From Candidatus Babelota bacterium (lineage in GTDB: Bacteria; Babelota; Babeliae; Babelales; CAIQNR01), in NCBI GenBank assembly GCA_965658655.1, contig CBFHTA010000002.1, positions 96,001 through 160,000 of the forward strand: 64,000 nt of DNA, read 5' to 3'. This document shows, piece by piece, positions 9,128-19,077 of the stretch. Position 1 is the first letter of the stretch. Every line of letters starts with the position of its first letter. The notes beneath the pieces were generated by a model. It was not told the origin of the DNA, did not search any database, and saw only the letters and a program-made list of their open reading frames with translations. A program made the position numbers and the translations under genes.

Positions 9128-10546
9128 ATGAGCGCAAAGCTACCAGATATTAAAACTAAATTTCCTGAATGGTATCAAGAAGTTGTACGTCAAGCTGAAC
9201 TAGCAGATCAATCGCCAGTTCGTGGTTGTATTGTTATTCGACCATATGGTACAGCAATTTGGGAACACCTTACTTCTATCGTTGATGGAAAAATGAAATC
9301 ATCTGGTTATCAAAACGCTTTGTTTCCAATGCTTCTTCCAGAATCTTTTCTAAAAAAAGAAGCCGATCACGTAGAAGGCTTTGCTCCAGAGCTTGCAGTG
9401 GTAACTCATGCAGGAGATAAAAAATTAGCTGAACCCTTAGTGGTTCGACCAACATCAGAAACCATGATTCACTCGATGTTTGCAAAGTGGATAAATTCAT
9501 GGAGAGATCTTCCTTTGAAAATTAACCAGTGGGGAAGTGTAATGCGTTGGGAAATGCGACCAAGGGCTTTCTTGAGAACTTCTGAGTTTTATTGGCATGA
9601 AGGACATTCAGCGCACAATTCTCAAGAAGATGCTCAAAAAGAAGTAGATTCTATGGTAAAGCATTTTGAAGATATTGCGCGTAACTACCTTGCAATTCCT
9701 GTTGTAACAGGTAAAAAATCTAAGGGAGAAACATTCCCGGGCGCTGATGCTACCTATACTTACGAAGGTTTTATGCAAGATGCAAAAGCTCTTCAGATGG
9801 GTACATCTCATATGCTTTCTCAAAGTTTTTCTAAAGCATTTGAAATTCAGTATCAAAACAAAGAAGGCGATCTTGAAATGCCTTGGCTCACAAGTACTTG
9901 TGCTGCAACCACACGTTTGATCGGCGCAGTTATCATGAGCCATGGAGATGAGAAAGGTTTAATTCTACCTCCAAAGATAGCACCGATTCAAGCAGTTATT
10001 ATTCCTATCTTCAGGAAAGACGAAGAGCGGGAAGCTGTTCTTGATGCTGCCTATAAAATTAAAAATGACCTTAAAGGTATTGTTCGCGTTCATATTGACT
10101 CTGATGAGCAGAAAAAACCTGGTAGCAAGTTCTTCCATTGGGAAATGAAAGGGGTGCCGCTACGTTTAGAAATTGGGCCTCGAGACTTAGAAAAAGAACA
10201 TGCCATGGTGGCAGATCGATTGGGGTTAGCCAAAGAACCAGTTCTTTTTGCAGATATAACACGCGTATTGCCAGAAAAACTCGAAGCGTTTCAGAAAGCA
10301 TTATATGATCGAGCAAAGGAGCGTTTAGACTCACAATGGGTTGTTAAAGAAAAACTTGAAGACATTGTGAAAGTTTCAGAATCTTCTGTTGTTCAAACAG
10401 GGTTCTGCGGATCTGACGAATGTGAAAAACTACTTAAACCCAAAAAGTTATCTATCCGATGTATTACGTCTGATAATACTTTAAGTAGTTGTTTTGGTTG
10501 TGACCAGAGCAATAGTGCTGATGTAGTAGTCGCGCGTTCGTATTAA
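9128..10546 (+). CDS. proS: Proline--tRNA ligase, archaeal/eukaryote-like type
   Basis: EWYQEVV, HVEGFAPE, RPTSET, FLRTSEFYWHEGH, KGVPLRLEIGPRD; C-terminal Cys cluster, ends ARSY; no INS editing domain. Confidence 0.97.
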   Translation: MSAKLPDIKTKFPEWYQEVVRQAELADQSPVRGCIVIRPYGTAIWEHLTSIVDGKMKSSGYQNALFPMLLPESFLKKEADHVEGFAPELAVVTHAGDKKLAEPLVVRPTSETMIHSMFAKWINSWRDLPLKINQWGSVMRWEMRPRAFLRTSEFYWHEGHSAHNSQEDAQKEVDSMVKHFEDIARNYLAIPVVTGKKSKGETFPGADATYTYEGFMQDAKALQMGTSHMLSQSFSKAFEIQYQNKEGDLEMPWLTSTCAATTRLIGAVIMSHGDEKGLILPPKIAPIQAVIIPIFRKDEEREAVLDAAYKIKNDLKGIVRVHIDSDEQKKPGSKFFHWEMKGVPLRLEIGPRDLEKEHAMVADRLGLAKEPVLFADITRVLPEKLEAFQKALYDRAKERLDSQWVVKEKLEDIVKVSESSVVQTGFCGSDECEKLLKPKKLSIRCITSDNTLSSCFGCDQSNSADVVVARSY

Positions 10547-10619
10547 TATAAATTATTCTTGAGAGTAGAAAGTTTCCATAATATACATGTATAGCACAAC
10601 AACGAGAGGAAGGTTTGCT

Positions 10620-11069
10620 ATGGTCAAAGTAGGTGAGCATATTACGTTAGATATTGTTGGGACAACAAAAGAATACGATATTGCTTTTTACGAAAGATTG
10701 GTTCATGAAATTGCTAAAGAAGCAAAGGTAGAAGTTCTAAAGATTTCTAGTCATAAGTTTGAACCTCAAGGATCAACAACTTTAGCTTTATTAGCTGAAA
10801 GCCATATTAGCTTTCATACGTTTCCAGAGCATGGAGTTATAAGTTTTGATTTTTTTACTTGTGGAAAAGTTCATCCACGCATTGCAGAAGATATTATTAA
10901 AAAAGAAATTGAACATACTCGGATTGTAAAAAAAGAATTTGATAGAGATACGCAAGGTGCCAGCTGGTATTACAATGTAAATCCTTCTGGGATAATGATA
11001 ATGATGGTAATGGCACTATTAACAAAAAAGCTTTTTGATACAGGATTACACAAAAGGATTTTTGGTTAA
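10620..11069 (+). CDS. speD: S-adenosylmethionine decarboxylase proenzyme with added hydrophobic C-tail
   Basis: FEPQG, LAESHISFHTFPE (E|S autocleavage site), DFFTCG; RBS GAGGAAGG before the ATG at 10620. Confidence 0.9.
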   Translation: MVKVGEHITLDIVGTTKEYDIAFYERLVHEIAKEAKVEVLKISSHKFEPQGSTTLALLAESHISFHTFPEHGVISFDFFTCGKVHPRIAEDIIKKEIEHTRIVKKEFDRDTQGASWYYNVNPSGIMIMMVMALLTKKLFDTGLHKRIFG

Positions 11070-11196
11070 ATTAGAATTTGGAATACCATTTTAGATGGGG
11101 TATATATCCCCAGTTGTGATTACCATTGAAATTTTGCTTCTGCTTAATATGAAACACTATAATTAATACTTTAAAATTAATCATAAGGACATCTAC

Positions 11197-11973
11197 ATGA
11201 AAAATAAATTATTACTCTCTTTATTGATGCCAATGTTACTTTGCAGCCAGAACTTGCATAAAACCTTCCTCTACCCCAGTTTGACTGGTTCTGAAGGTCT
11301 TGTTAAGCATTATGTTGTTGAAGAAGTTTTGAAAGATTTTACTTCAAAGATGGGCCAGCATGTTCAAATCTTTAAACTAAAGGAATTTGGAAAAGCTTTA
11401 TTCATAGATGGTGATATACAAGTTTCCACTAAAGATGAGTACCTTTATAGTTCTACTTTTGTACGTTCAAGTTTAAAACTAAGTGAAGTAAAAGATAAAG
11501 TTGCTATTATTGGTGGCGGAGATGGCGGAGTTGCGCGAGAATGTCTTGCACAAGGGTGTGGTTCTATAGATTGGTATGATTTAGATAAAGAAGTTGTTGA
11601 AGTATCGAGTAAGTATTTAAGCACGATTGGAAACAGCGTTCTTGAAAGCGACAAGGTAAAAGGTATTTGGGGAGATGCTTTTGAGAATATTAAAGCAGTT
11701 ACCGATAATACTTATGATAAAATATTTATAGATCTTACAGATGATCAGTTTTGTGTTGATTTAACAATAAAAAATATAGATGAATTAAAAAGAATTCTTA
11801 AACCAGATGGTGTGGTAACAGTTCAAGCAAGCAGTAAAGATACCAATCCTACACAAGTAGAAATGTGGACAAAGGCCTTTCATAAAGCATTTGGAAATAC
11901 AAGCTTAGATGAAGTGTATATCCCAAGTTTTGACTGTGCTTGGAATTTTTTATCTTCCACCTATACTCAATAA
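11197..11973 (+). CDS. speE: Spermidine synthase/aminopropyltransferase with N-terminal signal-like peptide
   Basis: FGKALFIDG.IQ, IIGGGDGGVARE, DKIFIDLTD, YIPSF; follows speD. Confidence 0.88.
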   Translation: MKNKLLLSLLMPMLLCSQNLHKTFLYPSLTGSEGLVKHYVVEEVLKDFTSKMGQHVQIFKLKEFGKALFIDGDIQVSTKDEYLYSSTFVRSSLKLSEVKDKVAIIGGGDGGVARECLAQGCGSIDWYDLDKEVVEVSSKYLSTIGNSVLESDKVKGIWGDAFENIKAVTDNTYDKIFIDLTDDQFCVDLTIKNIDELKRILKPDGVVTVQASSKDTNPTQVEMWTKAFHKAFGNTSLDEVYIPSFDCAWNFLSSTYTQ

Positions 11974-12160
11974 TAAAATCTTCATAAGGGACAGAAGAAT
12001 GCTATGTAGGGTGCTATTGATAGTAGGTTTTTTAATGGTTCCAAAAGAAATCTATAGAATTTACTGCTGAGGAAGAAGCGAAGTTGAGTAGCTCAAGTGA
12101 CGAAGAGTTAACTGGTGCAGAGTAAAATGGGATGGTAGCATAAGATAAAAAGGGTAAGTC

Positions 12161-13072
12161 GTGAAGAATCAGGATTATGCAACAAAATTTGAAAGCTATT
12201 TGTTAACAGAGAAGCGTGTAGCAAAAAATACATTTGATGCTTACAGAAGAGATCTAGAGCAATTCTTCACGTTTTTAACAGAAAAAAAACTTCTCATTAA
12301 AAAAGTAGCATTAAAAGACCTCAAGTCGTATTTAGGTTATTTGAATAAAGAAGGAATTGGTGCACGAAGTGCTGCAAGGAAGATATCAACACTTAAAGCA
12401 TTCTACCTTTATTTATCGGAACACTACGAGTTGAAAAACATTGCTATAGAGCTTACTACACCACGACTAGACAAAAAACTTCCAAAACACCTAAAAGAAA
12501 AAGAAGTAGAGAATCTTTTAGCAGCTGCGAAAGATGATGATTCTAATAACGGTGTCCGCAATTGTACCATGCTCTATTTACTCTATGTAACAGGTATGCG
12601 GATTAGCGAATTGGTTAATTTAACTGTTTCCAGTATCGATTTTTCTTCTGGGTTTGTAACTGTTCCAGGAAAAGGTGGAAAAGAACGTATGGTGCCACTT
12701 CCACATCATATGTCTGAATTAATTAAGAGTTATCTAAAAACAATCTACCCTAATCTCTTAACGAAAAAAAACACTACCTTAAAAACTGATTATCTATTTC
12801 CTACATTCTACGGAGGAAAACTTAAACCAATGTCTCGGCAAATGTTTTGGATTTATCTAAAGTCAGTCGCAGAACAGGCGGGTATTAGTACAGAGCTTTC
12901 TCCCCACAAATTACGTCATTCGCTGGCTACACATTTATTGAAAAAGGGTGCAAATCTACGGTCGCTTCAAATGCTGTTAGGGCACGAACAGTTAACTACG
13001 GTTCAAATTTATACCCATGTTGAAACGGAACATTTACGAAAAATATATGATAAGAAGCATCCTCGATCATGA
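12161..13072 (+). CDS. xerD: Tyrosine recombinase XerD (XerC/D family)
   Basis: NT..AYRRDL, TGMRISEL, GKGGKER, HKLRHSLATHLL, LLGH...QIYTHV, ends HPR. Confidence 0.88.
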   Translation: MKNQDYATKFESYLLTEKRVAKNTFDAYRRDLEQFFTFLTEKKLLIKKVALKDLKSYLGYLNKEGIGARSAARKISTLKAFYLYLSEHYELKNIAIELTTPRLDKKLPKHLKEKEVENLLAAAKDDDSNNGVRNCTMLYLLYVTGMRISELVNLTVSSIDFSSGFVTVPGKGGKERMVPLPHHMSELIKSYLKTIYPNLLTKKNTTLKTDYLFPTFYGGKLKPMSRQMFWIYLKSVAEQAGISTELSPHKLRHSLATHLLKKGANLRSLQMLLGHEQLTTVQIYTHVETEHLRKIYDKKHPRS

Positions 13073-13680
13073 AAAAACATTTTTTACTTTTTTTGTTCTG
13101 TGGTTCATTGTCGGCAGCTACGTTAAAAATACCTGATTTCTCTCCTAAGAATATTGAGGGGATACAAAATTATTTAAAAGTACATCCTGGAGATCTCACG
13201 ATTAAGATTGAGGGACCAAAAACTATTTTTCAAACGATAGTTGGATATAGCGAAGTAATACTGGGAAAAGCAGACTCAACTGCTGGAACAATGAACGATC
13301 TAGGGCTATTAAAGCCTATTTTAAAAACGATAGTTGGGGGAACCGCTGCATCATATGGAGCTGGTTTTTATTTAATTTATCGTGCTTATAAATTGTTGCG
13401 TGTAGTTGGATCATGGACGTTTGCAGCTAGCAAGCAAAATGAAGAAGAAATGGTACTCTATATTCGCAAAACACAAACAAAAAAACTACAAAAAAAGTCT
13501 TTGCAAGAAATCAAAGAAGAAAAAGATACTTTGGCACAGTATTTAAAATTACATACATACTTATGTCGATGGAAAATTCGCAGATTATTCTTGTATGATC
13601 GAGCCACACACAGATCTATTGTAGAAAGTTATCAACGATTATGTTCAGTAGAAAGTAAGTTGTGCAAAAAGGAGAAATGA
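13069..13680 (+). CDS. Hypothetical protein with signal peptide and one internal hydrophobic segment
   Basis: ATGA overlap with xerD; MKKHFLLFLFCGSLSA leader. Confidence 0.7.
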   Translation: MKKHFLLFLFCGSLSAATLKIPDFSPKNIEGIQNYLKVHPGDLTIKIEGPKTIFQTIVGYSEVILGKADSTAGTMNDLGLLKPILKTIVGGTAASYGAGFYLIYRAYKLLRVVGSWTFAASKQNEEEMVLYIRKTQTKKLQKKSLQEIKEEKDTLAQYLKLHTYLCRWKIRRLFLYDRATHRSIVESYQRLCSVESKLCKKEK

Positions 13681-13757
13681 TTTTTTGCAAAACAAGAGTA
13701 ACTGTATTATAGTTTTTAATTAAAATAACGTGTGTATCATACTATAAGGTCTATAAG

Positions 13758-14885
13758 ATGGCAGAAAAATTTGTAGTCGAACAGAAGCCGTTGCTTTCTA
13801 TTCTTTCTTCAATGCAGCCCATTTGTTCAAAGCGTACAACACTTGATGCTACAACCAGCATTTTCTTTAGTGTTGGGCCCAAAGAGCTTGTGTTAAAGAG
13901 TACTGATCTTGAAGTGAGCTTGCAATCAAGCTACGGACTTAAAGAGTGTACCCTGCGTGAAACAAAGTTGTTTCTAGTGAGCGGAAAGCGTCTGTTTGAT
14001 ATTGTAAAAGAATTAGAAAACGATATTACTTTTACTATTACTAAGAGCCAACTTGCCCTTACTTCTGGTACAGTACATCTGGCTCTTAATATTAAAGATG
14101 CGCAAGAGTTTCCTCCATTTCCAGAACGTATTGAAAATCTTATGCAGATGGAAGCGGCTTTTGTGTTAACGTTGCTAGACAAAGTAGCGTTCTTAATTCC
14201 ACAAAACAATGCGAATCCTGCATTGAACGGTCTCTATTTTGAGTTAACTAAAGAGTGTTTAACGCTAACAACCACCGATGGTCACTGCTTAGCGCAAATA
14301 AAAACACCTAAGTATAAACTAGAAAAACCACAAAGCTGGTTGTTGCCTCGTAGAGCTATCTTAGAATTGAAGAAAATTCTTGAAGGTTCTACAGAAGAAC
14401 ATGTTTTCTTGGGTACCTGTGGTAACCAATTAGTATTCTCTGGTGAGTCATTCAATTTCTTTACCAAATTGCTTTCAACAAAATTTCCTGAATACAAAAC
14501 TATTCTTAACAGAAACGGCTTTGTTCCTGCGCAAATCGACAGAAGCAGTTTGGTAAAAACATTACGTCGTTCTGCATGTTTACTTTCCGGTCAGTTTATT
14601 GCAACTGAATTTGGATTTAAACCAGATAATGTAGATGTGTCTATGACCAATAAAGAAGTAGGTAACCTCAATGAGAAGATTACATTGGGAGAATTTACTG
14701 GGGATGCACTTGACCTGCGTTTCTATGCTCCTTATTTGTTAAGTGGCTTACATGCATTTTCAGATGAAAAGCTTACCTTCTATTTAAGCAATGCAGCAAA
14801 ACCTATAATTTTTGAAACTGAAGAAAAAGAAAAATTCAATCTTACCTATTTGGTGATGCCGGTTTCTGCTAACGCAAATCGATGA
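13758..14885 (+). CDS. dnaN: DNA polymerase III beta clamp
   Basis: STDLE, EFPPFP, TTDGH.L, FPEYK, YLVMPV; 375 aa; upstream of recF. Confidence 0.96.
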   Translation: MAEKFVVEQKPLLSILSSMQPICSKRTTLDATTSIFFSVGPKELVLKSTDLEVSLQSSYGLKECTLRETKLFLVSGKRLFDIVKELENDITFTITKSQLALTSGTVHLALNIKDAQEFPPFPERIENLMQMEAAFVLTLLDKVAFLIPQNNANPALNGLYFELTKECLTLTTTDGHCLAQIKTPKYKLEKPQSWLLPRRAILELKKILEGSTEEHVFLGTCGNQLVFSGESFNFFTKLLSTKFPEYKTILNRNGFVPAQIDRSSLVKTLRRSACLLSGQFIATEFGFKPDNVDVSMTNKEVGNLNEKITLGEFTGDALDLRFYAPYLLSGLHAFSDEKLTFYLSNAAKPIIFETEEKEKFNLTYLVMPVSANANR

Positions 14886-15955
14886 CGGTTTGTATACAGC
14901 GCTTACAGGTTAAGAATTTTAGATGTTTCCCTTCTCAGACAATAAACCTTGATGCTCCAGTTGTTGTTATTCAAGGAGCTAACGGGTCGGGGAAAACATC
15001 TCTTTTAGAAGCGCTTCATTATGCCTGTTATCTTAAATCTTTTAGAACCCATATTCCTCGCGATCTTATTGCATTTGAAGAAAACAATTTTTTTATCAAT
15101 GCAATATGTCGTGATCATTCTATTACGGTAGGCGCAAGCAGAGGGAAAAAGCAGGTAAAGGTCGATCAAAAAACGATAACATCTTACAAGCAATTGCGAG
15201 AATATTATCGCGTGATAACTGTTACTGAAGATGATCTTGCCCTGGTAAAAGGGAGCCCTGATAAAAGGCGATCATTCCTAGACTATGCATTGTTATTGTT
15301 AGAGTCCTCTGTTTCTAACGTTTATAGACAATATAAGCAAGTACTTGAACAAAGAAATGCTTTACTACAACGCCCACATCATTCTCGAGAGGAATTTCTA
15401 ATTTGGACACGCAAAACCTGGGAGCTTTCGATCGAGATTCAGAGACATAGAGAAAATTATCTATCAGGGTTGGTACAAGAAGTACAAGTACTTTGTGATA
15501 AATATTGGCCAGATAAGGCATATGGTCTAGAGTACTCGAGAAGAGAAATAGTGGCAGGGGAAAAGTTTGAGGCCTTTATAGAACGAAATGATGCATTGTT
15601 TGAGAAAGAGAGACGCTACGGACGATCGCTTTTTGGGGCTCACCTAGATGATATAAGTATTCTCTTAAACAAGAAAAAAGCACGCCTTTTCTCTTCTCGA
15701 GGGCAGCAAAAACTTATTGTCTTGCTTCTTAAAATTGCTCAGGTTCGTCACCTTATAGACCTGCATGGCACAGATCACACTCTTTTCCTTATTGATGACT
15801 TTATGACCGATTTTGACAACCAAGTATTAAAGACTTTAATGTCGGCTAGCTTAGAATTGAAAGTACAGGTTATCTTTGCCTCTCCTATTCAAGAAGGCCC
15901 TGAGGTTATCTTTTTAGACAAACATGCCATTTCGAGCTTAAAAGTTTCTATATGA
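14882..15955 (+). CDS. recF: DNA replication/repair protein RecF
   Basis: NFR, Walker A GANGSGKTSLLEA, KSFRT, GSPDKRRSFLD, SRGQQK, LIDD. Confidence 0.95.
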   Translation: MTVCIQRLQVKNFRCFPSQTINLDAPVVVIQGANGSGKTSLLEALHYACYLKSFRTHIPRDLIAFEENNFFINAICRDHSITVGASRGKKQVKVDQKTITSYKQLREYYRVITVTEDDLALVKGSPDKRRSFLDYALLLLESSVSNVYRQYKQVLEQRNALLQRPHHSREEFLIWTRKTWELSIEIQRHRENYLSGLVQEVQVLCDKYWPDKAYGLEYSRREIVAGEKFEAFIERNDALFEKERRYGRSLFGAHLDDISILLNKKKARLFSSRGQQKLIVLLLKIAQVRHLIDLHGTDHTLFLIDDFMTDFDNQVLKTLMSASLELKVQVIFASPIQEGPEVIFLDKHAISSLKVSI

Positions 15956-16085
15956 AACAAATCCTTTAGTTTAGCGGGTTATTTTAGTAGCCACTCATTT
16001 GACAATAGTAAACTTATTGATTACAGTATGAAGGGAGTTATGCGAAAGAGTGGCTTAAATAGGCTTCTCTCTTAAATATTTAAAT

Positions 16086-16114
16086 TTGACATTTTTATGT
16101 TTTTTCAGCAAGCT
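16086..16114 (+). promoter_or_regulatory. Sigma70-like promoter for the candidate sRNA
   Basis: TTGACA-17 nt-CAAGCT. Confidence 0.5.
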
Positions 16115-16120
16115 TAACTC

Positions 16121-16226
16121 ATGTGTTTTTTGTCTCAAAGATAAAAGGCACTCTTTTAATAAGGCTTCATTACTACTCTCCTTTTTTCCATCGCATTGAT
16201 TTCGGTCAATGCGGTGGAATTTTTTT
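16121..16226 (+). ncRNA. Candidate ~105-nt small RNA
   Basis: Promoter, 13-bp hairpin (16123-16151), pyrimidine linker with CTCTCCTTTT, then a strong TTCG-loop terminator and T run. Confidence 0.5.
16186..16226 (+). terminator. Intrinsic terminator
   Basis: TTCCATCGCATTGAT-TTCG-GTCAATGCGGTGGAA followed by T7. Confidence 0.8.
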
Positions 16227-16316
16227 GCTTATAAATGAGTAATACTGTTGCGCGAAATATAGTGTTTTCTTTATGTTCATGATAGCTTAATGTCATTATA
16301 TTTAGAGGAAACATTA

Positions 16317-19067
16317 ATGAGAAGTGCACGCGCCTTTCTATTTATTTTTATAGTCTTTTCTTCATGTGATGCGTTTGTTACTCGTAGAGATACGCGTCAT
16401 GTAACGATAGAGTTTAATCAACAACCAAAAGATAACAAACAACGTTTAGATTGGGTAGAGGGAGTTAAGAATGCAATTAATAGTGTTAATGTAACACTTA
16501 GAAGAGATGGATTTCTAATTCCAGAAACTCACCCACTCTCAGTTCAATCATCAGATGGGTGGTGGTCAAAAATTTCAAAATACTGTGCTAACTTATACTA
16601 TGAAGTCTTTTTTCATCAAAAAGCGATTTCTTATCCCGGTGAACTCAATAGAGCCTTTATTGTAAGAAGAAACGATGAGCTAGGAAGTTTTTCTGTTTAT
16701 ATTCCTGACGGTATTCCGGAAAAACTCTTTCTTGAGGTGCTTAGAAAAATGATAGCACAGCATGGTATTGAAGCTTCTATTGAACCAGATCAGCATGTTA
16801 TACTTTCTCATATACAGTATGTAGACACTGATCAAGGTTATCCTAACTTTCAAGGAACATTCTTTGGTTTGGAAGAATTGCAAAAATTCAAAAAAGATTC
16901 TGATGTTAGATCTTTAAAAAAAGCTGATAGAAAACTCCTTGAAAAACGGGAACATAAATTGATGAACTCTGAAGTCGTTCAAAAATCACTTTTAGAAGGC
17001 GATTTTTTTGAAACAGGTAAAGAACGGTTAGAGATCGAAAGAAAAAAGCGTATAGCTCCTTATTTGTTTTGGTGGCAAAGTATTCCTACAACTGGATTAA
17101 GGCTCGAAGAGCCTTTCTGGCCACTTCCTTATCCTTTTTTACCGCATGCTTTTCCATTATGGCAAATGGCTCCAAATATGGGGAAGGGAATAAAAGTTTT
17201 TATTGTTGATACCGGTATGGCAGCCTTTGATGTCATTGGTAAGCCAGAATATAAATGTAATCAAGACTTGCAAATGCAGGCGAATTTTAAAAATGTAAAT
17301 TATAATTTAGTTTCTTCGCAGCATAGTTTGCTTGATAGAACAGAACAACTTGCTCAGCTGCTCGAGGTTTACACTGATAAAGATAAAAGAAATCTTACTT
17401 CTATAAAGAAAAAATTACCTTCTCTAATAACTCATTATGTTTCAAAATATAAAAATGATAAAGAGGAAGCTATAGAACCTATCAGGAACTATCTACTCAA
17501 GAATGGAAGACCGGAATACATTGATACTAAAACAAATAAGCTTTCTAGTGCAGGTAACGCTGCCTTAAATGATATTGTGCATGGAAATGTAGGAATACAT
17601 CCTCATACAAAAGAAGAACCCGATTACACGCTCGTTACGCTCGGTGCTCCTAACAGTCAAGAAAAAGCGATTCTTGAATTTATGCCTTTAGCTGTTATGC
17701 ATAAGAAGCCCTTTAATCTGTTTGCATCTTCTTCCAAGCATCTTGATAGTCGATGGATTACTAAGCACACAACAGGGCATGGAACTCACACGGCTGGTAT
17801 TATTGGAGGATCATTAAAACCAGCTATTGATGAACCTCTTACTTCTGATTCTGTTATAGATCTTCTAGATAAAGATTCTGGGATTTGTGGAATAGCACCA
17901 AAGTGTGATCTTGTAATGATTAAAGCATTTAAAAGCTCTGGTTTTGCAACAAATCGTTCCATTGTTACTCAAGCAGTTAAAAAAGCCCAAGAACAAGGTG
18001 CGCATATTCTTAACTTAAGCCTTAAAATAGATGATCATATTGATACAGCCGAATTTGAATCAAAGAGCTTACAGCAAACGTTAAGTGACATCCCATATGT
18101 TGCTGCAGCTTCAGGAAATGCGCAAAGAAATAATATGGGTGTATATCAATCAGATAGAGAAGGGTACCCTGCGCGATTTCCAAATATAGCATTTGATACT
18201 GGTGCATTTGTTCTTTATAAAAATGAGAATGGTGACTATCACTGTCACATCCCTGCATTTTCTCAACATCAAGTAGGAGTAGGGCCTAAGTTTGTAGCTC
18301 CAGGACAAAATATTTTGAGTTGTGGGCTTATACCGAACCAACAAGAATCTTCTACGTACATGTTCTTACAAGGAACATCTACTGCAGCTCCTTTATTAAG
18401 TGGTTTCTGCGCTTTGTTAATAAGTGAATTTTCGGGTCTTTTTGAATCAAAAGAACGAGAAAGATTCCTTGCAATTTGTTATTCATCAGCTTTAAAAATG
18501 GAGAATTCAGATGACTGGAAAAAGAAAACACTTCTTGGTGTGCTTGATTTTAGAACAGTTCTTTTCAAATTACATGTATTAAGAAAACTTAAAAAAATCC
18601 TTACAGATAAAGAAGTTTTCTACACACCACACTCTAAAACTAAAAAAGCTGTAAAATTAAGTATAGAGAAAGACTTTGATAGAGTATGTAAAGGTATTCA
18701 CATTATACTTTTTGGTATGGTGCATAGCTTTGCAAAAAAGCATAAATTTGACGAAAAAGATAACTTTGAAACAAACTTTATGGGATACTTTAATACTGCT
18801 CGCAAAATAGAACATAGTTTAAATCCCGATATCTTCACTTCTTTTGAAAAAGCTGTCTCTATAGTTGTGCATTCTGTGCTTTATGCTGCAAATAAAGACT
18901 CTCTTTCTCTAGATAATAGAAAACAGGTAGAGCAACATATTGATAATGACACCTTAAAAAATCTTAAAATTCTTTTTTCTCAAGAAAAAGTTGATATGCT
19001 AGATCATACTTCTGGTAGTGCAAGAAGAAGAATAAAAGGTGCATCTCGAGGCACAAAATTAAAGTAG
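16317..19067 (+). CDS. Secreted S8 (subtilisin-like) serine peptidase with large insertions
   Basis: Catalytic triad motifs VFIVDTG, GHGTHTAG, GTSTAAP; oxyanion AASGN; signal peptide; RBS GAGG favours the 16317 start over 16290. Confidence 0.9.
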   Translation: MRSARAFLFIFIVFSSCDAFVTRRDTRHVTIEFNQQPKDNKQRLDWVEGVKNAINSVNVTLRRDGFLIPETHPLSVQSSDGWWSKISKYCANLYYEVFFHQKAISYPGELNRAFIVRRNDELGSFSVYIPDGIPEKLFLEVLRKMIAQHGIEASIEPDQHVILSHIQYVDTDQGYPNFQGTFFGLEELQKFKKDSDVRSLKKADRKLLEKREHKLMNSEVVQKSLLEGDFFETGKERLEIERKKRIAPYLFWWQSIPTTGLRLEEPFWPLPYPFLPHAFPLWQMAPNMGKGIKVFIVDTGMAAFDVIGKPEYKCNQDLQMQANFKNVNYNLVSSQHSLLDRTEQLAQLLEVYTDKDKRNLTSIKKKLPSLITHYVSKYKNDKEEAIEPIRNYLLKNGRPEYIDTKTNKLSSAGNAALNDIVHGNVGIHPHTKEEPDYTLVTLGAPNSQEKAILEFMPLAVMHKKPFNLFASSSKHLDSRWITKHTTGHGTHTAGIIGGSLKPAIDEPLTSDSVIDLLDKDSGICGIAPKCDLVMIKAFKSSGFATNRSIVTQAVKKAQEQGAHILNLSLKIDDHIDTAEFESKSLQQTLSDIPYVAAASGNAQRNNMGVYQSDREGYPARFPNIAFDTGAFVLYKNENGDYHCHIPAFSQHQVGVGPKFVAPGQNILSCGLIPNQQESSTYMFLQGTSTAAPLLSGFCALLISEFSGLFESKERERFLAICYSSALKMENSDDWKKKTLLGVLDFRTVLFKLHVLRKLKKILTDKEVFYTPHSKTKKAVKLSIEKDFDRVCKGIHIILFGMVHSFAKKHKFDEKDNFETNFMGYFNTARKIEHSLNPDIFTSFEKAVSIVVHSVLYAANKDSLSLDNRKQVEQHIDNDTLKNLKILFSQEKVDMLDHTSGSARRRIKGASRGTKLK

Positions 19068-19077
19068 GGTTGTATGT

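Noticed and set aside
11998..12125. Short signal-like ORF (MLCRVLLIVGFLMVP...) plus an acidic stretch in another frame between speE and xerD
   Set aside because: Only 23 codons; may be a decayed gene but I cannot support any identity
12161..13072. Tyrosine recombinase as a prophage or island integrase
   Set aside because: Size and motifs fit XerD; housekeeping context; no att sites, phage genes or tRNA seen nearby
16028..16074. 15-codon ORF MKGVMRKSGLNRLLS after a TTGACA-18-TACAGT element
   Set aside because: Too short to support without expression data
15956..16289. oriC in the gap after recF
   Set aside because: No DnaA boxes found; skew and gene orientation indicate a terminus, not an origin
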